A DNA stretch of 64,000 bases from NCBI GenBank assembly GCA_002269645.1, contig NIVC01000782.1:149312-213311 (forward strand), written 5' to 3'. The DNA comes from Macrostomum lignano (Eukaryota). The position numbers and the translations under genes were made by a program. Below, in pieces: positions 49,301 through 61,330 of this stretch. The notes below the pieces were generated by a model. That model ran no database searches. It had not been told where the DNA came from and saw nothing but the letters and a program-made list of their open reading frames with translations. The first letter of the stretch is position 1. Every line of letters starts with the position of its first letter.

Positions 49301-52300
49301 TTAAAAAATGCCCTTCAAAAAATAGCTTCAACATTTTTTTACTTTTTTAGCATGCAAATATACATTTGTTTTTGGCATATTAAATTTTACTTGTCATTTT
49401 GCAATAAAAATAAGTATGAATTCTTGTTTTCACAAGACCATGTCTTTTCACAAACTTTTGTCACAACAAAACATGCCCACTATCATGCCAGGCCACATTC
49501 TATATTAGCTATTTCACACTATAGCATGCCAACATGCCTCTTTTGGCATGTAATACCTAAATACATGCCAATGCATGCCACAATTTTTAGGCCAAACCAT
49601 TCCAGAGTATGTCAAAAAGACAATGCTACTGGTATATAATTGTATAACAAAAAGATGCCAAAGTTTGCTTGCATTGTGTAGCAGAACTATTCCTATCAAA
49701 AAAGTGCTTATGTCATATACTGCAACCTTTTTAAAAAATGCAATAATCTGTAATTTTCTATTTAAAAATTCTGGTAAATCTTGCATTTGATTCTATTTCA
49801 TAGAAAATGCAATGTTAATATAAATTAATTAAAAAGCTATCAATATACTAGCAAACAAAAAGTGCTAATAAAAATAAATACAATAAAGAAATTAGAATAA
49901 AAGATGACAATATATACCAAAAGAGATGGGAAGAAGAAAATAATTCTGGGTTGGGATATATACAATATTTATATGAACAAAATTAATGTTTAAAAAGTAG
50001 TGGCAACCCCTTTACCACAATAATATATGCCATAGTTTGAGTCTTTTATTAGTATATGCTAGGTCTAAATGGGGAAAAAAGTATAGGACAAATTTTGTAT
50101 GCCAGGACTAAAAAATGTTTGCAACTATATATATTAAAGTTGTATACTCTTTTTTTTCTTGAATTCATTGTTTATTCAGAGTGTAACAAACAAAATTATG
50201 CATATTTTCAATATGTACTAAGAAAATCCAATTATAAAACATGCTTGGGTGCAACCTAGGGATTCACCCAGCCATTTCTATTGGCAACACACACATGTAA
50301 GTTGCTATTAGATAGAATAGTAGTCACGTGACTACTCTCAGCTAAGAACTCAGCCAAGAATACTTGTAAATCTATTTTGTCTTGTTTCTTTTTACTAAAA
50401 AACCATATTTTTAAACTAAAAAAGTATTTGTAATATAACTTAATACTTATGCCTTTGGGTATAAACTTTTTAATAATAAGGCTAGTGATACATTCCAGAA
50501 TATAACCACAAAGTTTTTTGTTTGCACACCTACTGCATGCCATGTTTACTAACTACATGCTGTGCCTGCCATTGAAATAATTAAAAATAGGCCTACAAAC
50601 AAAAGCAGAAAAATATATAAAAAGTTATATTTCAAAAATGCACAGAAAAAACTTTTATTTCTTTGCGCTATACATTTTGGTATGCATCTAGCATGATTGG
50701 GAGTATAGAATAGAATATCTAACAGAATAAGTGATTGGATAAATCTACCTGTTCATTATATAATTATGAAATAAAAGCATATATTACTTAATTGGCTTTT
50801 TATAGAAAGAATCAAATGTTTTGTTCTGTGGTTTTTTGTTTTTGAATCATGTTTAATGATATTCTTGCAATCCTTTTCTTAAAACCAATTGCAGAAATTT
50901 TAGAAAAAGAGATTTATAGCAAACATCTTTGTCCATGATAATTTTACATAAGGTGATTTTTAATGTAAAAAAAGAATTGGTTCTTAAAAAATTTGCTTTT
51001 TAATTGTTTTCCATGAACTATTTTTGTTCATTTCTTATTTGGCACCCCAAAAGGGGGGCACATTAGATTGCTAATAGCTTTTTAAAATTTGCTCCAATAG
51101 GGTTCCTGCCTATCCATGCATTTAGCATTTATCATCAAATAATTTAATGAAGTATAAACTAGTAAGTAGCAGATTGTATTTGACGATATATAATGAACTT
51201 TACTATTCTTAATAGTATAAATTTTATCTAAATATAGATTGGCATGCATAGGCAGCTAAGATAATCATATTTTAGTATATTGCTGTGAATACAAGAGCTG
51301 ACAATATAGAAAATTTATCCATATTAAAAAAGCACTCAGAAAACAGAGTTCCCACCAAAAGCAGTCTTTCCCACTTTGTATAGTAAGATAACTCTAGCCA
51401 GCACACTACTTTAGCAGTTATTCCTTTGACTACTTATATAGACAATCTCCACTACATACATTGACTGCATGAATCTTGTAATTCAAGCTGTTAGCTGTGT
51501 GAGCTGACTGTTTATAGGAGACAGTGTTACTATAGGATAATTAAACAGAAATTTCAGTATGTAAAAAAACTACTGTTAAGTAGTGTAGCATGTCTTGTCT
51601 AAATATGACTATGAATCATATTGAAAAGGAATTTACTACAGAACCCTTTAATATAATTCAACTGCAGGAAATTAGGCAAAAAAGTTTTGTTGCTCTTCCG
51701 GTAAATAAGTTCGAAAACAATATTTAATCCTTATTCATCTTTACCAACACGCGCAGAGATTCACCGAGTGCGTGGCGGCGTCATGGACATGATCGACGTG
51801 GTCAACAACCGCAAGTGCAAAGTTCGCTGCCGTATCGCCATACCGCAGGACAATTTCCCCGGCTTCAACTTTGTTGGCAAACTGCTGGGCTCAGGCGGCA
51901 GCACGCTGAAGAAGCTGCAGGAGGACTGCAACGTCAAGATGGCCATCCTTGGCCGCGGCTCGATGCGCGATCCGCAGAAAGAGCAGGAAGCCTTCGAAAG
52001 CGGCGACCCGAAGTATCAGCACCTGAAGCAGGCCTTGCACCTGCAGATTGACTGCGTAGACGCGCCCGAGGAGGCCTACTATCGTATCAGCCGGGCGGTC
52101 TACGAGGCCAAGAACATCATGATCCCGGATCCCAGCGAGCTGGCCGCTGCCGCAGCTGCTTCTGGCTACGGCGCCCCGGGACCTTTCCCTCCTGGCCGCG
52201 GCGGCTTTCCAGGCGGCGGCGGTGGACCTCGTGGAGGTCGCGGTGGACGCGGTCGCGGCGGCCGGGCGGCGGAGCTCCTCACGTTCCGGCCGACTTTGAC

Positions 52301-53063
52301 GGCTACGGCGGCGGCGGCGGTGGCTTTGATGGAGAGGCCGGCGGCTACCGAGGCGGTCGCGGTGGCGGCGGTCGCGGGCATCGCGGCGACTTCAGAGGCG
52401 GCTCTCGCGGCGGCGGCTCTCGAGGCGGTCGTGGCGGCTTCGGCGGCGGCGGTGGCGACAATGGGCACAGCTTTGGTCAGGATTATGGTGAGACTCTTTT
52501 ACTTGCTACCGCTTAACTAAATATTCATTCTGCGCCTCTGGTGCCAGAAATTTTTTAAATTTTAAAAATAACGTGGAGCCACAGATAACTTCAATAAATA
52601 CAATCATTTACATTCTATCTTCAATTTATTATAAAATATTTCAGCAAAGAAAACAATAAAATCTAAACATAAAATTGTAAAATTTGCTATAAAAATGTGC
52701 CAATACTACGAGTATGAAACAGAAGCGTGTGAACTATCATTAATTCAGTTTTAAAATATCAAAGAAAATTTGAAACAACAACACAACTTAATATCAAACT
52801 GTAGATATAGAACATAAAAGTACAAAAGAAACTCAAGAGTTTCCAGGCCTAACTCGGAGCTTCCATCTTCGGCTGGGCTGCCGGCAAACAAACCAAGCAT
52901 TTATAATCGCGGTTCTACGTGAATTGAACAAAAAAGCAAAACAAATAATCGCCGAAAAAATTTTCCAGGTCAGTCGTTTGGCGGCGGCAAGGCGCCACCG
53001 TCGCGGGGTCGCGGCGGCCCCGCCCCGCGCCGCGGCAGCCACCCATATGGCCGCGGCATGTGA
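46226..53063 (+). CDS. KHDRBS: KHDRBS/Sam68-like STAR RNA-binding protein (QUA1-KH, RGG tail, C-terminal HPYGR), 3 exons, 1-nt frameshift near 52262
   Basis: join(46226..46394,51757..52487,52969..53063) = 995 nt, one base short of 332 codons. QUA1-like EELSRLDDSYPCARNALELE; KH FNFVGKLLGSGGSTLKKLQE..KMAILGRGSMRD; C-terminal KAPPSRG..HPYGRGM. Confidence 0.85.
46915..48020. mobile_element. Old non-autonomous DNA transposon-like element in KHDRBS intron 1
   Basis: Imperfect terminal inverted repeats CCACACTCCGGATCATG / CATGATCCGGACTATGG; second, deleted copy at 20750-21250. Confidence 0.5.
51757..52487 (+). CDS. KHDRBS: KHDRBS exon 2 (KH domain and RGG region)
   Basis: Acceptor ACGCGCAG|AG and donor G|GTGAGA. 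After 52263 the RGG-rich frame (PGGGAPHVPADFDGYGGG..RGGRGG..FGQDY) differs from the ORF-track frame. Confidence 0.88.
52969..53063 (+). CDS. KHDRBS: KHDRBS exon 3 (C-terminus)
   Basis: Acceptor TTTTCCAG|GT phase 1; QSFGGGKAPPSRGRGGPAPRRGSHPYGRGM*. Confidence 0.85.
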
Positions 53064-54570
53064 ACCCGGTCTCAGGCAGTCTAATAATACACCAAGCATA
53101 TAATACTTTAATAATTAATTCATATAGTCATCCTAAAGACTGAAAGCATGAGCTGAAACACAGCAAAGCTTGAACTTTTAATATTTTTATACATATGAAC
53201 TCATCAATTTTAAATTTATAGTTCCAGCTGATACAATTTATCCAGTGAAAAAGAAATCTAAGTAACTACTAAATTAAAAAAAACATTCTGCATTACAATT
53301 TGTTGTTAAAATGAAAGCTTGGGCTCATCAACCCTTAAAATGTTGTGCATATTTATTTGCCCATGCTCGCTTGTTGAAAATTTATAAAATTCACGCAGTT
53401 AGTTTTCTAAATTACGTTGTTTTAAGGACAATAATAATATTCGCTAATATTGACAAAACTAAACAATTTCTAAAAACTTTCTAATTAATTATTCTGTTCT
53501 TTTCCTCTCGTTTTAAGTCTACAAAGTTATTTGATTGTATTTGACTGAAAATGCAGTTTTATGGCAGGTTTTTTAACCTTAAGTTAGTAAATTGTTTGCT
53601 TCTGTTTAGCTTTCTTAATTAACTGTTATTTAGAAACAGTTAGTGTAATTTTAACAGACGCCAGGACGAAGAAAGCGTTAGTAAAGATGCATTGATAGTT
53701 GACAACCGGCACCAACAGGAATTTAGGTTTTACTTTAAAAAAATATTTTTCAAACGAATTTATGGCTGCTTCTGTTTGTAGTAGCATGTTCTATAATATC
53801 ATGGGCTGTTAAACATGCAATCGATAATTTTTCTCCATTCAACAGCAAGCACTGAATATGTAGTACGCGTAATTCTTTATTTTAGTCAAAAAAGCAAACT
53901 AAATTTTAAATAAAATAACTATTTTCCAACTTTTGCATTATTAAAAACACGACAACATGCGTTCAACTTAACCTATACGCGGTGAAAAACCAAATAAATA
54001 AAACATGATAAAAGCGATTCTTTGTTTTATTTAACAAAATGCTTACTATTACGTTTCGTTGTAATAAAAAAGTTCTGATAAGATTTCTTTCCTCGTTTAG
54101 TAATATTTAATCTTGAATCATACAGGTAAGTAGACTGTAGAGCTAAAATCCAATATATTGCTACTAAATACAAGTATTCGTATTTCATAGCCTTTCTGTA
54201 GAATAAATATTAATAGTCAACCCGACAGAACTTATGACGATGAACTCAATAAAAACACGTTAATGGATCAGAAAAAAGGACAATCTACTCCACGAAAAGC
54301 AAGCAATGAAATTTGTCAGCTAATCTTATTAGTAGTCTTTTGAAACTGAATCCCAATTAAAGCGTTGGTCTGCTTTGCATTGATTGAACTGATCTAGTTC
54401 ATGTACTGAAACGTCTGAAATCGTCCAGTCTGGGTGAAAACGCGTCGAAATCAGCTCTAAAAAGCTTAGTATTAGGAAACCGCACTGGCACTAATTACAT
54501 GCCGAGGCGTTTACATATCTTAGTACTGTTGTACTGCTGGTTTTCTCGCGGTGGCCTGGTAAGTCTTGGT

Positions 54571-54588
54571 ATCCCACCGCTGCCACCA
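54571..54588 (-). other. LTR-retrotransposon primer-binding site complementary to tRNA-Leu 3' end
   Basis: Minus strand TGGTGGCAGCGGTGGGAT, one base after ...TTCA. Confidence 0.8.
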
Positions 54589-54589
54589 G

Positions 54590-55421
54590 TGAAGTACAGA
54601 GCATTTACTTCCCGATTTACAGGTATTTAGGTTGTCTTAAGTCTCGCGCCTCTTGGAAGTCTTCTTGTGCTCCCAATAGCGTAGGTAGTGCTGCTACCAG
54701 TTACTTCAGGTCTCGACCTTCGGTGACGTGAGCTTCCCGTCGGAACGAACTCAGCACAGCGTGCATATTTGAAGATTAACAAACAAGGCGTCCGGGCAGT
54801 GGGTGGTTAGGAAGGCCGTGTTAGCCTCCTTTAGGCTTGGGCGTCTAAGTTTAGTCAGGCCAATAAAGGAAGAGTTGATTGGACACTAGAACTGTCAAAT
54901 AATCTTCGAAAACTGAGAAACTAAGAACTAGAGCAACTCCTTGACTGAACCAAAGGTGAGGAGGTCCGTATTTATAGCCTGGGAATCTTCAGTGCACCAA
55001 TGTGCGTGAAACCTCGCTACTTGTTCTATTTTTAGAACTGACGTCACTTCCCGCCAGAGAGAAGGCAGGGGTCCCTGGTAAAAAGTGCACAGGGCCATGT
55101 GACTCAGTGTCTATTTTTATAACATGGGTCACCTCTTACTTTAGAGAAGGCAAGGGCCCCGGGGTACTTGATTCCTCAGTAAATACGGACCAGCAAGTGT
55201 TAGGACTTCGAGAAAACAAGACTTGTCATGTGACTTTCAATATCATAAAACAGGCCACTAGCATGACCTCAGGACAGGAACGAAACGCAGAGCAGGCCAC
55301 AGCAGAGAAGCTCGTGGCTGCAGCAAGAGCGCAGAGAAGGGGGGGGGGCGACTTAGAATAAGCGGCAGCCAGCCCCCCATCGGCGAGGGCAATGGCGACA
55401 CCAAACTGGCGGCTCACTACA
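54590..55421 (-). mobile_element. LTR of a Gypsy-like retrotransposon (5' LTR, internal region missing)
   Basis: Starts TGTAGTG (alternatively TGTAC at 55426), ends TTCA just before the PBS; TATAAATA on the minus strand near 54968-54975; no second LTR or gag-pol in the window. Confidence 0.6.
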
Positions 55422-56587
55422 GTACAGGCATAGTTACTATCGCTGTTTACTCAAAAAGCATCCCGATTTTTTAGGATAACACGATTCCTAAGCAATCATC
55501 TGTTCGAATTTTCTTTCAAATTATTGTTGCTTTCACTCTGCTTTATTCCGACATAGTCTAGAAGAAGAATATGTAATTTTTCATATAAGCTTTGAATGAG
55601 TTCACTTCCAGCTCTGAAATATTATGGGCGTTATGGCACATCTGTGCTGCACACAACCCAAATTAAGAGGGTCTGAAGGTTGCTGTTAGTGCAGCGTGGA
55701 CCAAGATGGATATGTATTACATCATCAAGGTATGCTCCAGCTCCAGGCCAGGGGCTCTGAAGGCATCAATTAAATACTCGTATTAACAGTTTTGCACCAC
55801 CCAGTATAGTTTCTTCATCTTGTCTGATATTTTACAGTTTATACTATTTGTACTACTATTGGAATCGAAAACCCAGCTTAATGAATAAGAGCAGTCCTCA
55901 ATCTCATTAAACTCCGTAATTAGTGATTTAATAAATTTTCTGTGACTCCGTCTCTAACAACAAGATAACATACCAGTAGTTCCACACTATAGTTACTTCA
56001 GTCGAAAATCAAATTTTAGCATTCAAAAAAATCTGTGGGTTGATTCACTAACAAATCTTGGATTGACTATTTAAAGTAGTTAGCTCTAAGTAGAAGGAAT
56101 TTTACATCACCTAAAAGTTCAATCGTCAACTTTAAAAGCAGTTGGTTTCCAATTTTAAATTAATATATATGGAAATGGAAATACGCTACGGCAATTCGTC
56201 ACAACGAGTTGCAAATCGAAAAGCCAATCAAATCTACTGAAGTTTATAAAACTCTGTTCCTCTGTCTCGATACGAAATGAACCGAATCAACGAGAAGAAA
56301 TTCTGATTGATATATATACACATTACTATTGCATCTATGGTAAGTGAGTTAATAAATTTTCTCTACTTCATTATAGAATTTAAAACTAAATACATCTGAA
56401 TAGTAAAATATTGAATAATGTATACATCACAATTTCGTTTTCTTAATTTGCTTTGTTAAGGTTTACAAAACAGGTAAGGCAAAACTAATAAGTTTTAAAG
56501 AGAATCAAAAACTTCTAAAATTCAGTTGGAACTAGTTTAATAAAATATATAAGTTCATTTTTAATCCAAATAAAAATCTGGTTCAGA

Positions 56588-56828
56588 CTAGTGGTTAGAG
56601 TGTCGGACTCACTACTGAAAGATCGAGGGGTTCGATTCTCGACCCACTCGGAGCAATTTGCGTCCTTGAGCAATCCGCTTAACTGTAAAATGGGTGCCAG
56701 AATTAAATGGGGTTATCGAGGGTGTGTGGCGACTTCCAATCCATGGACTGAACAGCCGTACGCAGCCTTGAGATGCACCGCGCAATAGCTGCGGCTGAGC
56801 TGTCGGTTGCAAATCTGGTTCATTGGGG
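56588..56828 (+). mobile_element. tRNA-derived SINE, family B, copy 3 (degraded)
   Basis: CTAGTGGTTAGAG..GGTTCGATTC..GTCCTTGAGCAA..CTGTAAAATGGGTGCC..GGACTGAACAGCCG..GCTGAGCTGTCGGTTGCA. Confidence 0.8.
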
Positions 56829-57398
56829 CGGGTTTAATCAGTTGTTATTGTAAAATATAATGCAGAAACTAAAAATACTTGGTAATAAACGTAAAATGTT
56901 CCATAAAAATGGCAGAAAATTTGCATTTCACAGAATAATCTGAACGTGCTTTGCTTTCATCTGTGTTGTCATCTAAACTGTGAAATCCCCAATTTTCCTT
57001 TTTTAGTTTCCGGCTTTCATCCGGGCAATCGGCGCTACTGATTTTTAACTGTTAATGACAGCTGAGCTCAAGTTACAGTGAAAATTTCAAATTCTTGGTG
57101 CAATATTCCTGCAGTTGAACTTATTGCATTATGGACTTTTTTGATAATTTATTTTTTTGAAATTTTTGACTAGCTAATCTGGCATTTTTTATTAAGCCTT
57201 GATCGTTTACTGTGCTACTGATTGACTTGTTACTAAAGCTTTTTATCTGTTAAACTTCTGAATGCATTTTTCGAATGGTTAATAAACAGAAGCAACTATT
57301 TCTTTTAAAATGTGAAACAATTGAAAAAATATTTACAAGAATATGCTGTCGCAAAATAAGCGCAATCAATTGATGCCTTTATCGAACTCGTTCTTTGA

Positions 57399-58100
57399 CT
57401 CAGCTGCAGAGGGCTCCCGACATCCGGATGCAGCGAGGAGGCTTTGCCGCCCATTCCGCTAACCCCTGGCGACCACGAGCAGCTAGTCCAGGAGGTGGAT
57501 GGTCGCTCGCCCGGTAGCCCTTAGGTAGCGGACGAGCTGGCAGAGATTCTCGGGCCTGAAAACGTCGGGAAAAGTCCGGGTTTGGGCTGAGGTAGGTGAG
57601 CCTGACCTGAGTAAAGGCGGGGTATTCACAGATGAAGTGCTCCGCATTCTTGACACTGGAGAGGCAGAATGGGCATTCCTCACTGCGGATTTTTCCCTGG
57701 AGAAAGTGACGATGTCTGGCAAAATAGCCATGAAACGAGAGGTCCATGCATGTTTACCGCTCTGATGCCCCTGTGGTTGAGTCGAAGCGGGGCCTAACTC
57801 GGTTATTTGGCTGTTGCTTTCAATACTTGGTTCAGTTGGGTAGAGTTTAGAATGATGGGAAAAATTATGGCTTTTTAGGTACGGACCTAAATAACAAGAG
57901 TTGGTATTTTGCCAGTGTCGTGGAAATTCCATGGATTGTATAGGGAGCAAATCATTTGCACACATCCCATCGGCATTTTCAGCTCATGTCCTAGGCAGCT
58001 ACTATAGCAAGAATGCTGCAGGTCAATGCTCAGTGGAATTCTAGGCAGAGAGATACAGTTTACAGACCCTTGCCATTGGGCTGGCCCCCTACTACATGTA
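57399..58100 (-). mobile_element. 3' fragment of an RNase H-type non-LTR retrotransposon (LINE)
   Basis: [29 protein letters not shown] zinc-knuckle C-terminus, degraded upstream RNase H-like remnants, 3' UTR shared with 35078-35170. Confidence 0.65.
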
Positions 58101-58281
58101 TAAGGCAACTCCTATTCCTTAATCCAAATGTCTAAGTGGGTGAAGACTAGAGCGCTTTGTCGGCTCTGTCGATTGAGTGGCGGAAGTTCCTCCTTTCTAA
58201 AGACAACATCCCAACTTGCGAAAGTTCGAATACGTTTGAACTCTGATTGATGACGTCCCTCCGGTTTAGAAAAGCTTAAGC

Positions 58282-58518
58282 CAGGGGCGTCGCCACATAC
58301 GGGGAATAGGGGGGGGGAGGCAGTAGAAAACTATCACCTGCACCCCCATAATTGGTGCCTGCAAAATTGGTAACGGCAAAATTGGTGCCTGCAGCGGCGC
58401 CAAAATGAGTGCCTGCGATGCCAAAATGAGTGCTAACAACGCCGATTCTCGAAAATAATGTACATGTACGAATTCTAGCCTATGCCCCGCCCCCAAAATG
58501 TCTATGGCGACACCCCTA
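58282..58518. mobile_element. Putative hAT-like MITE
   Basis: CAGGGGCGTCGCCA ... TGGCGACACCCCTA imperfect TIR with internal AATTGGTGCCTGCA repeats; no clean TSD. Confidence 0.5.
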
Positions 58519-59195
58519 GGAAGCACAGGAAACCATCGTTCCCAAAGAAGGAATTGACCTGGATAGCCATGAGGCGGGACGCTAGCTGCTTTGCTGCTTG
58601 AAGAGCATTAATAAATACGAGTAAGATGAAGGCTTTGGTCAGTGAGCAGAAGATTCTGGGGAAGGAAGACGATAAGCTGCAATCAAGAAGCGAAGGATCA
58701 GTGAGAATTAAGTTGACGAACCAAGCCATTGCTAAGGTTGCCAGGCAGCAGCTAGGTGATTTATTGGTTAAAAAACACATGGATGGAATTGAACACGCAC
58801 GTTCCCACTTTTTTCTTGTCCGTCTTGTTGTGTCGCGGGTTCTGCTATTTTTTTAATTTATACAGGGTACTTTGTAGGGCGCATGTTTTTCTTGCTTCTT
58901 GTGCATGAATATAGTGTCAACACTAGGTTTGGGTTTTTTCTGTCAATGTGTTCGCTTTTTATATTTTGGCCTACATGGTAGCTGTAGCAGCACTGTGTCA
59001 ATCATGAGCCGTCACCCGTGGTAAAGCGAAGAATTATTAATTAATAGGTTTCGAAGCTGAGTGTAAAATATAGGTTTATTTGTTTTGTTTAAGTGCACGG
59101 TACGTGATTAAAACAAGAGTGATTGGGAAGCGAGAAGCAAGTCTACGAGCTACGTTTAGCTAGAAACGAAGGGTGTATGGAGTTCATGTTTCTAA

Positions 59196-59656
59196 GGGTG
59201 GGTTTCACAAACGCGAAATTTCATAACCGCTAAAAGCACTTGCTTTCATAAACGCGAAACTTCACAAACGCGAAACTTCACAACCGCGAAACTTCACAAC
59301 CGCTAAATCACCTACTTTCATAAGCGCTAAATTTCATAAACGCGAAACTTCACAACCGCAAAATTTTTTGCTGTCACTCACAAACGCGAAACTTCACAAC
59401 CGCGAAACTTCACAAACGCGAAACTTCACAACCGCTAAATGTCATCTACTTTCACAACCGCGAAACTTCACAACCGCTAAAAAGACTGCAGTATATGAAA
59501 GTTTGTGCAAAATTTTTAGCGGTTGTGAAGTTTCGCGTTTATGAAAGTGACTGCAAAAAAGTTAGCGGTTGTGAAGTTTCGCGTTTGTGAAGTTTCGCGT
59601 TTGTGAAAGCAAGTGCTTTTAGCGGTTATGAAATTTCGCGTTTGTGAAACCCACCC
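59196..59656. mobile_element. Foldback MITE, 461 bp, about 53-bp perfect TIR with GGG ends
   Basis: GGGTGGGTTTCACAAACGCGAAATTTCATAACCGCTAAAAGCACTTGCTTTCA and its exact reverse complement; internal AAACGCGAAACTTCAC repeats; left flank TAA. Confidence 0.8.
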
Positions 59657-59659
59657 CGC

Positions 59660-60930
59660 GAAGGTCACGGATGTTGTCCGGGTGGTCAGAGGGTGGCCGA
59701 GGTATTTATGCCGCGCATTATTGAAGTAAGGGCGGAAGGTGACGTGATGCTCCACGGTCTCCTCTCCTATGCCACAGAAAGTACAGGTGGAAAGGCAACC
59801 GGTTTGCAAGGAGAATGTCTCTGGAAGAATCCATGGCCGGTTAGGACCATGCACGTCTCACTGAGGTCGGTTCTGTTAAGTGATATCAGATATTCAGACT
59901 TCTGTTCAGGTTAAGCATTGCAGAGCGGGTCTGCCTGTAGTCGTTGCAGCTGTTCCAGTGGAGCTGATGGACCTGTTGATATGGCGGTTGACTTGCGACC
60001 TAGGCATGGGTTAGCCTCGGGGGGCCGTAGCCCAGCGGTAGCGCAGCTGCTCTGGTGTGCCAGCGACCCAGGCTCGATTCCAAGTGAAGTCACATTAATT
60101 TGGGGCTGAATTGGAATCTCGGCTTGGCTCTGCTCGTGCAATTAACGGCCTTGAGAGCCAACCCCCAAGGCGCAGTTAAGTGTACATGCCTAACGATAAT
60201 ATAAAGTTAGGGCCGCTGTACACTCCTGTGTGAGTGTGTGCCTGCGTACGTATCCGCGCGCTTGTATGCCATGCTCAGGGGAGTCGGCGGAATGGGCAGT
60301 AATGCCTATCGCCGGTTGTGTGCCTATGTCTCTTAAAGTGCGCCAGTGTGCACACAACCCCCCTGCCTCTAATAAAAACAAAAACTGGGTAGCCTCATCA
60401 GACGGTGGTTGCCGTCTGGGTTGCTGCCCTCCTTGGTGAGAGAATCCGCGAGCTCCGCGTTGCCCAGGATATTGTTGTGGACCGGGTGTTCAGATAGCTC
60501 GTATGTAATTCTAATCCTGTTAAGGACTGAAAGGGCCGGATTGCACACTGCGGCGGCATTGTGAGATGCTGTTGTAGCGGAGATTTTCTTGGTGCAATAA
60601 GGACCTCGATAGATCGTAGCGGCTTGGCTATCAGTGTAAAAATGAATATTAAATTATTAATATTCGCCTGGAGCAAGTGCTGAGCGCACTGCTCAATGGC
60701 GCAAATTTCGGCTTGCAAAACTGAGGTGCAGACTTTCCTGAAAGAGCATTTTACCCTCGTGGAAGATGGCAATACCCGCTCCAACGCGGCCGTTGAACAA
60801 CGAGCCGTCGGTGAAGCAGTGAATGCCCTGGCTATGACGGTTCACGCCGACATCCAGCGGAAAGCTGTCTCGACCAGTGATGGCCGTATAAAAGTCCCTC
60901 CTGATGTTAAGAGCAGGGAGGCGAGTAACT
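59660..60930 (-). mobile_element. Degraded LINE fragment: RNase H domain and C-terminal zinc knuckle, interrupted by SINE
   Basis: [17 protein letters not shown] (ORF 60693..61061), frameshifted [16 protein letters not shown] (60398..60784), [20 protein letters not shown] (59516..59854). Confidence 0.8.
60019..60385 (+). mobile_element. tRNA-derived SINE, family A, copy 3
   Basis: Near-identical to 13948-14305; flanked by TGGG(T)TAGCCTC (60007-60018 and 60386-60396). Confidence 0.9.
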
Positions 60931-61330
60931 AATAATTGTATATGTAGTAACGTAGCTTGCGCTGCGCTTATTTCTGTATAGCTACATGTACCATAGCTAC
61001 AGCACAATACACTCGAATATTCCTCAAAATGTAGCTTGCGTAGATCCTTTGCAGGCACCATTAAATTTAATCCATTAAACTTTTATTGATTCCTTGTCAA
61101 TCAGAAGCAGTCGCCTAAAGGTTCTATCGAATATATTTTGCTTCACGTATAGCTAAATTGCTTTGCAGACATTACAATATTGTGACTAATATATCCTCAT
61201 TTTCAGTATGAAAATTTACTTGCGTTGAGTTTGCTCAGAGCTGCAATTCTGTTAGGCGTTTCCGTGTGTGACAAAGTCAATTCGGGATTCCCGAATGTAG
61301 TAGATCTACTATAATATGCGATGCAGAAAT

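Noticed and set aside
47479-50543. Short ORFs in KHDRBS intron 1 and other AT-rich stretches
   Set aside because: No recognisable domains, mostly non-ATG starts, no supporting splice pattern
53064-54300. UAAA/UUAA motifs in the KHDRBS 3' region as autoregulatory Sam68 sites
   Set aside because: Expected by chance in such AT-rich DNA
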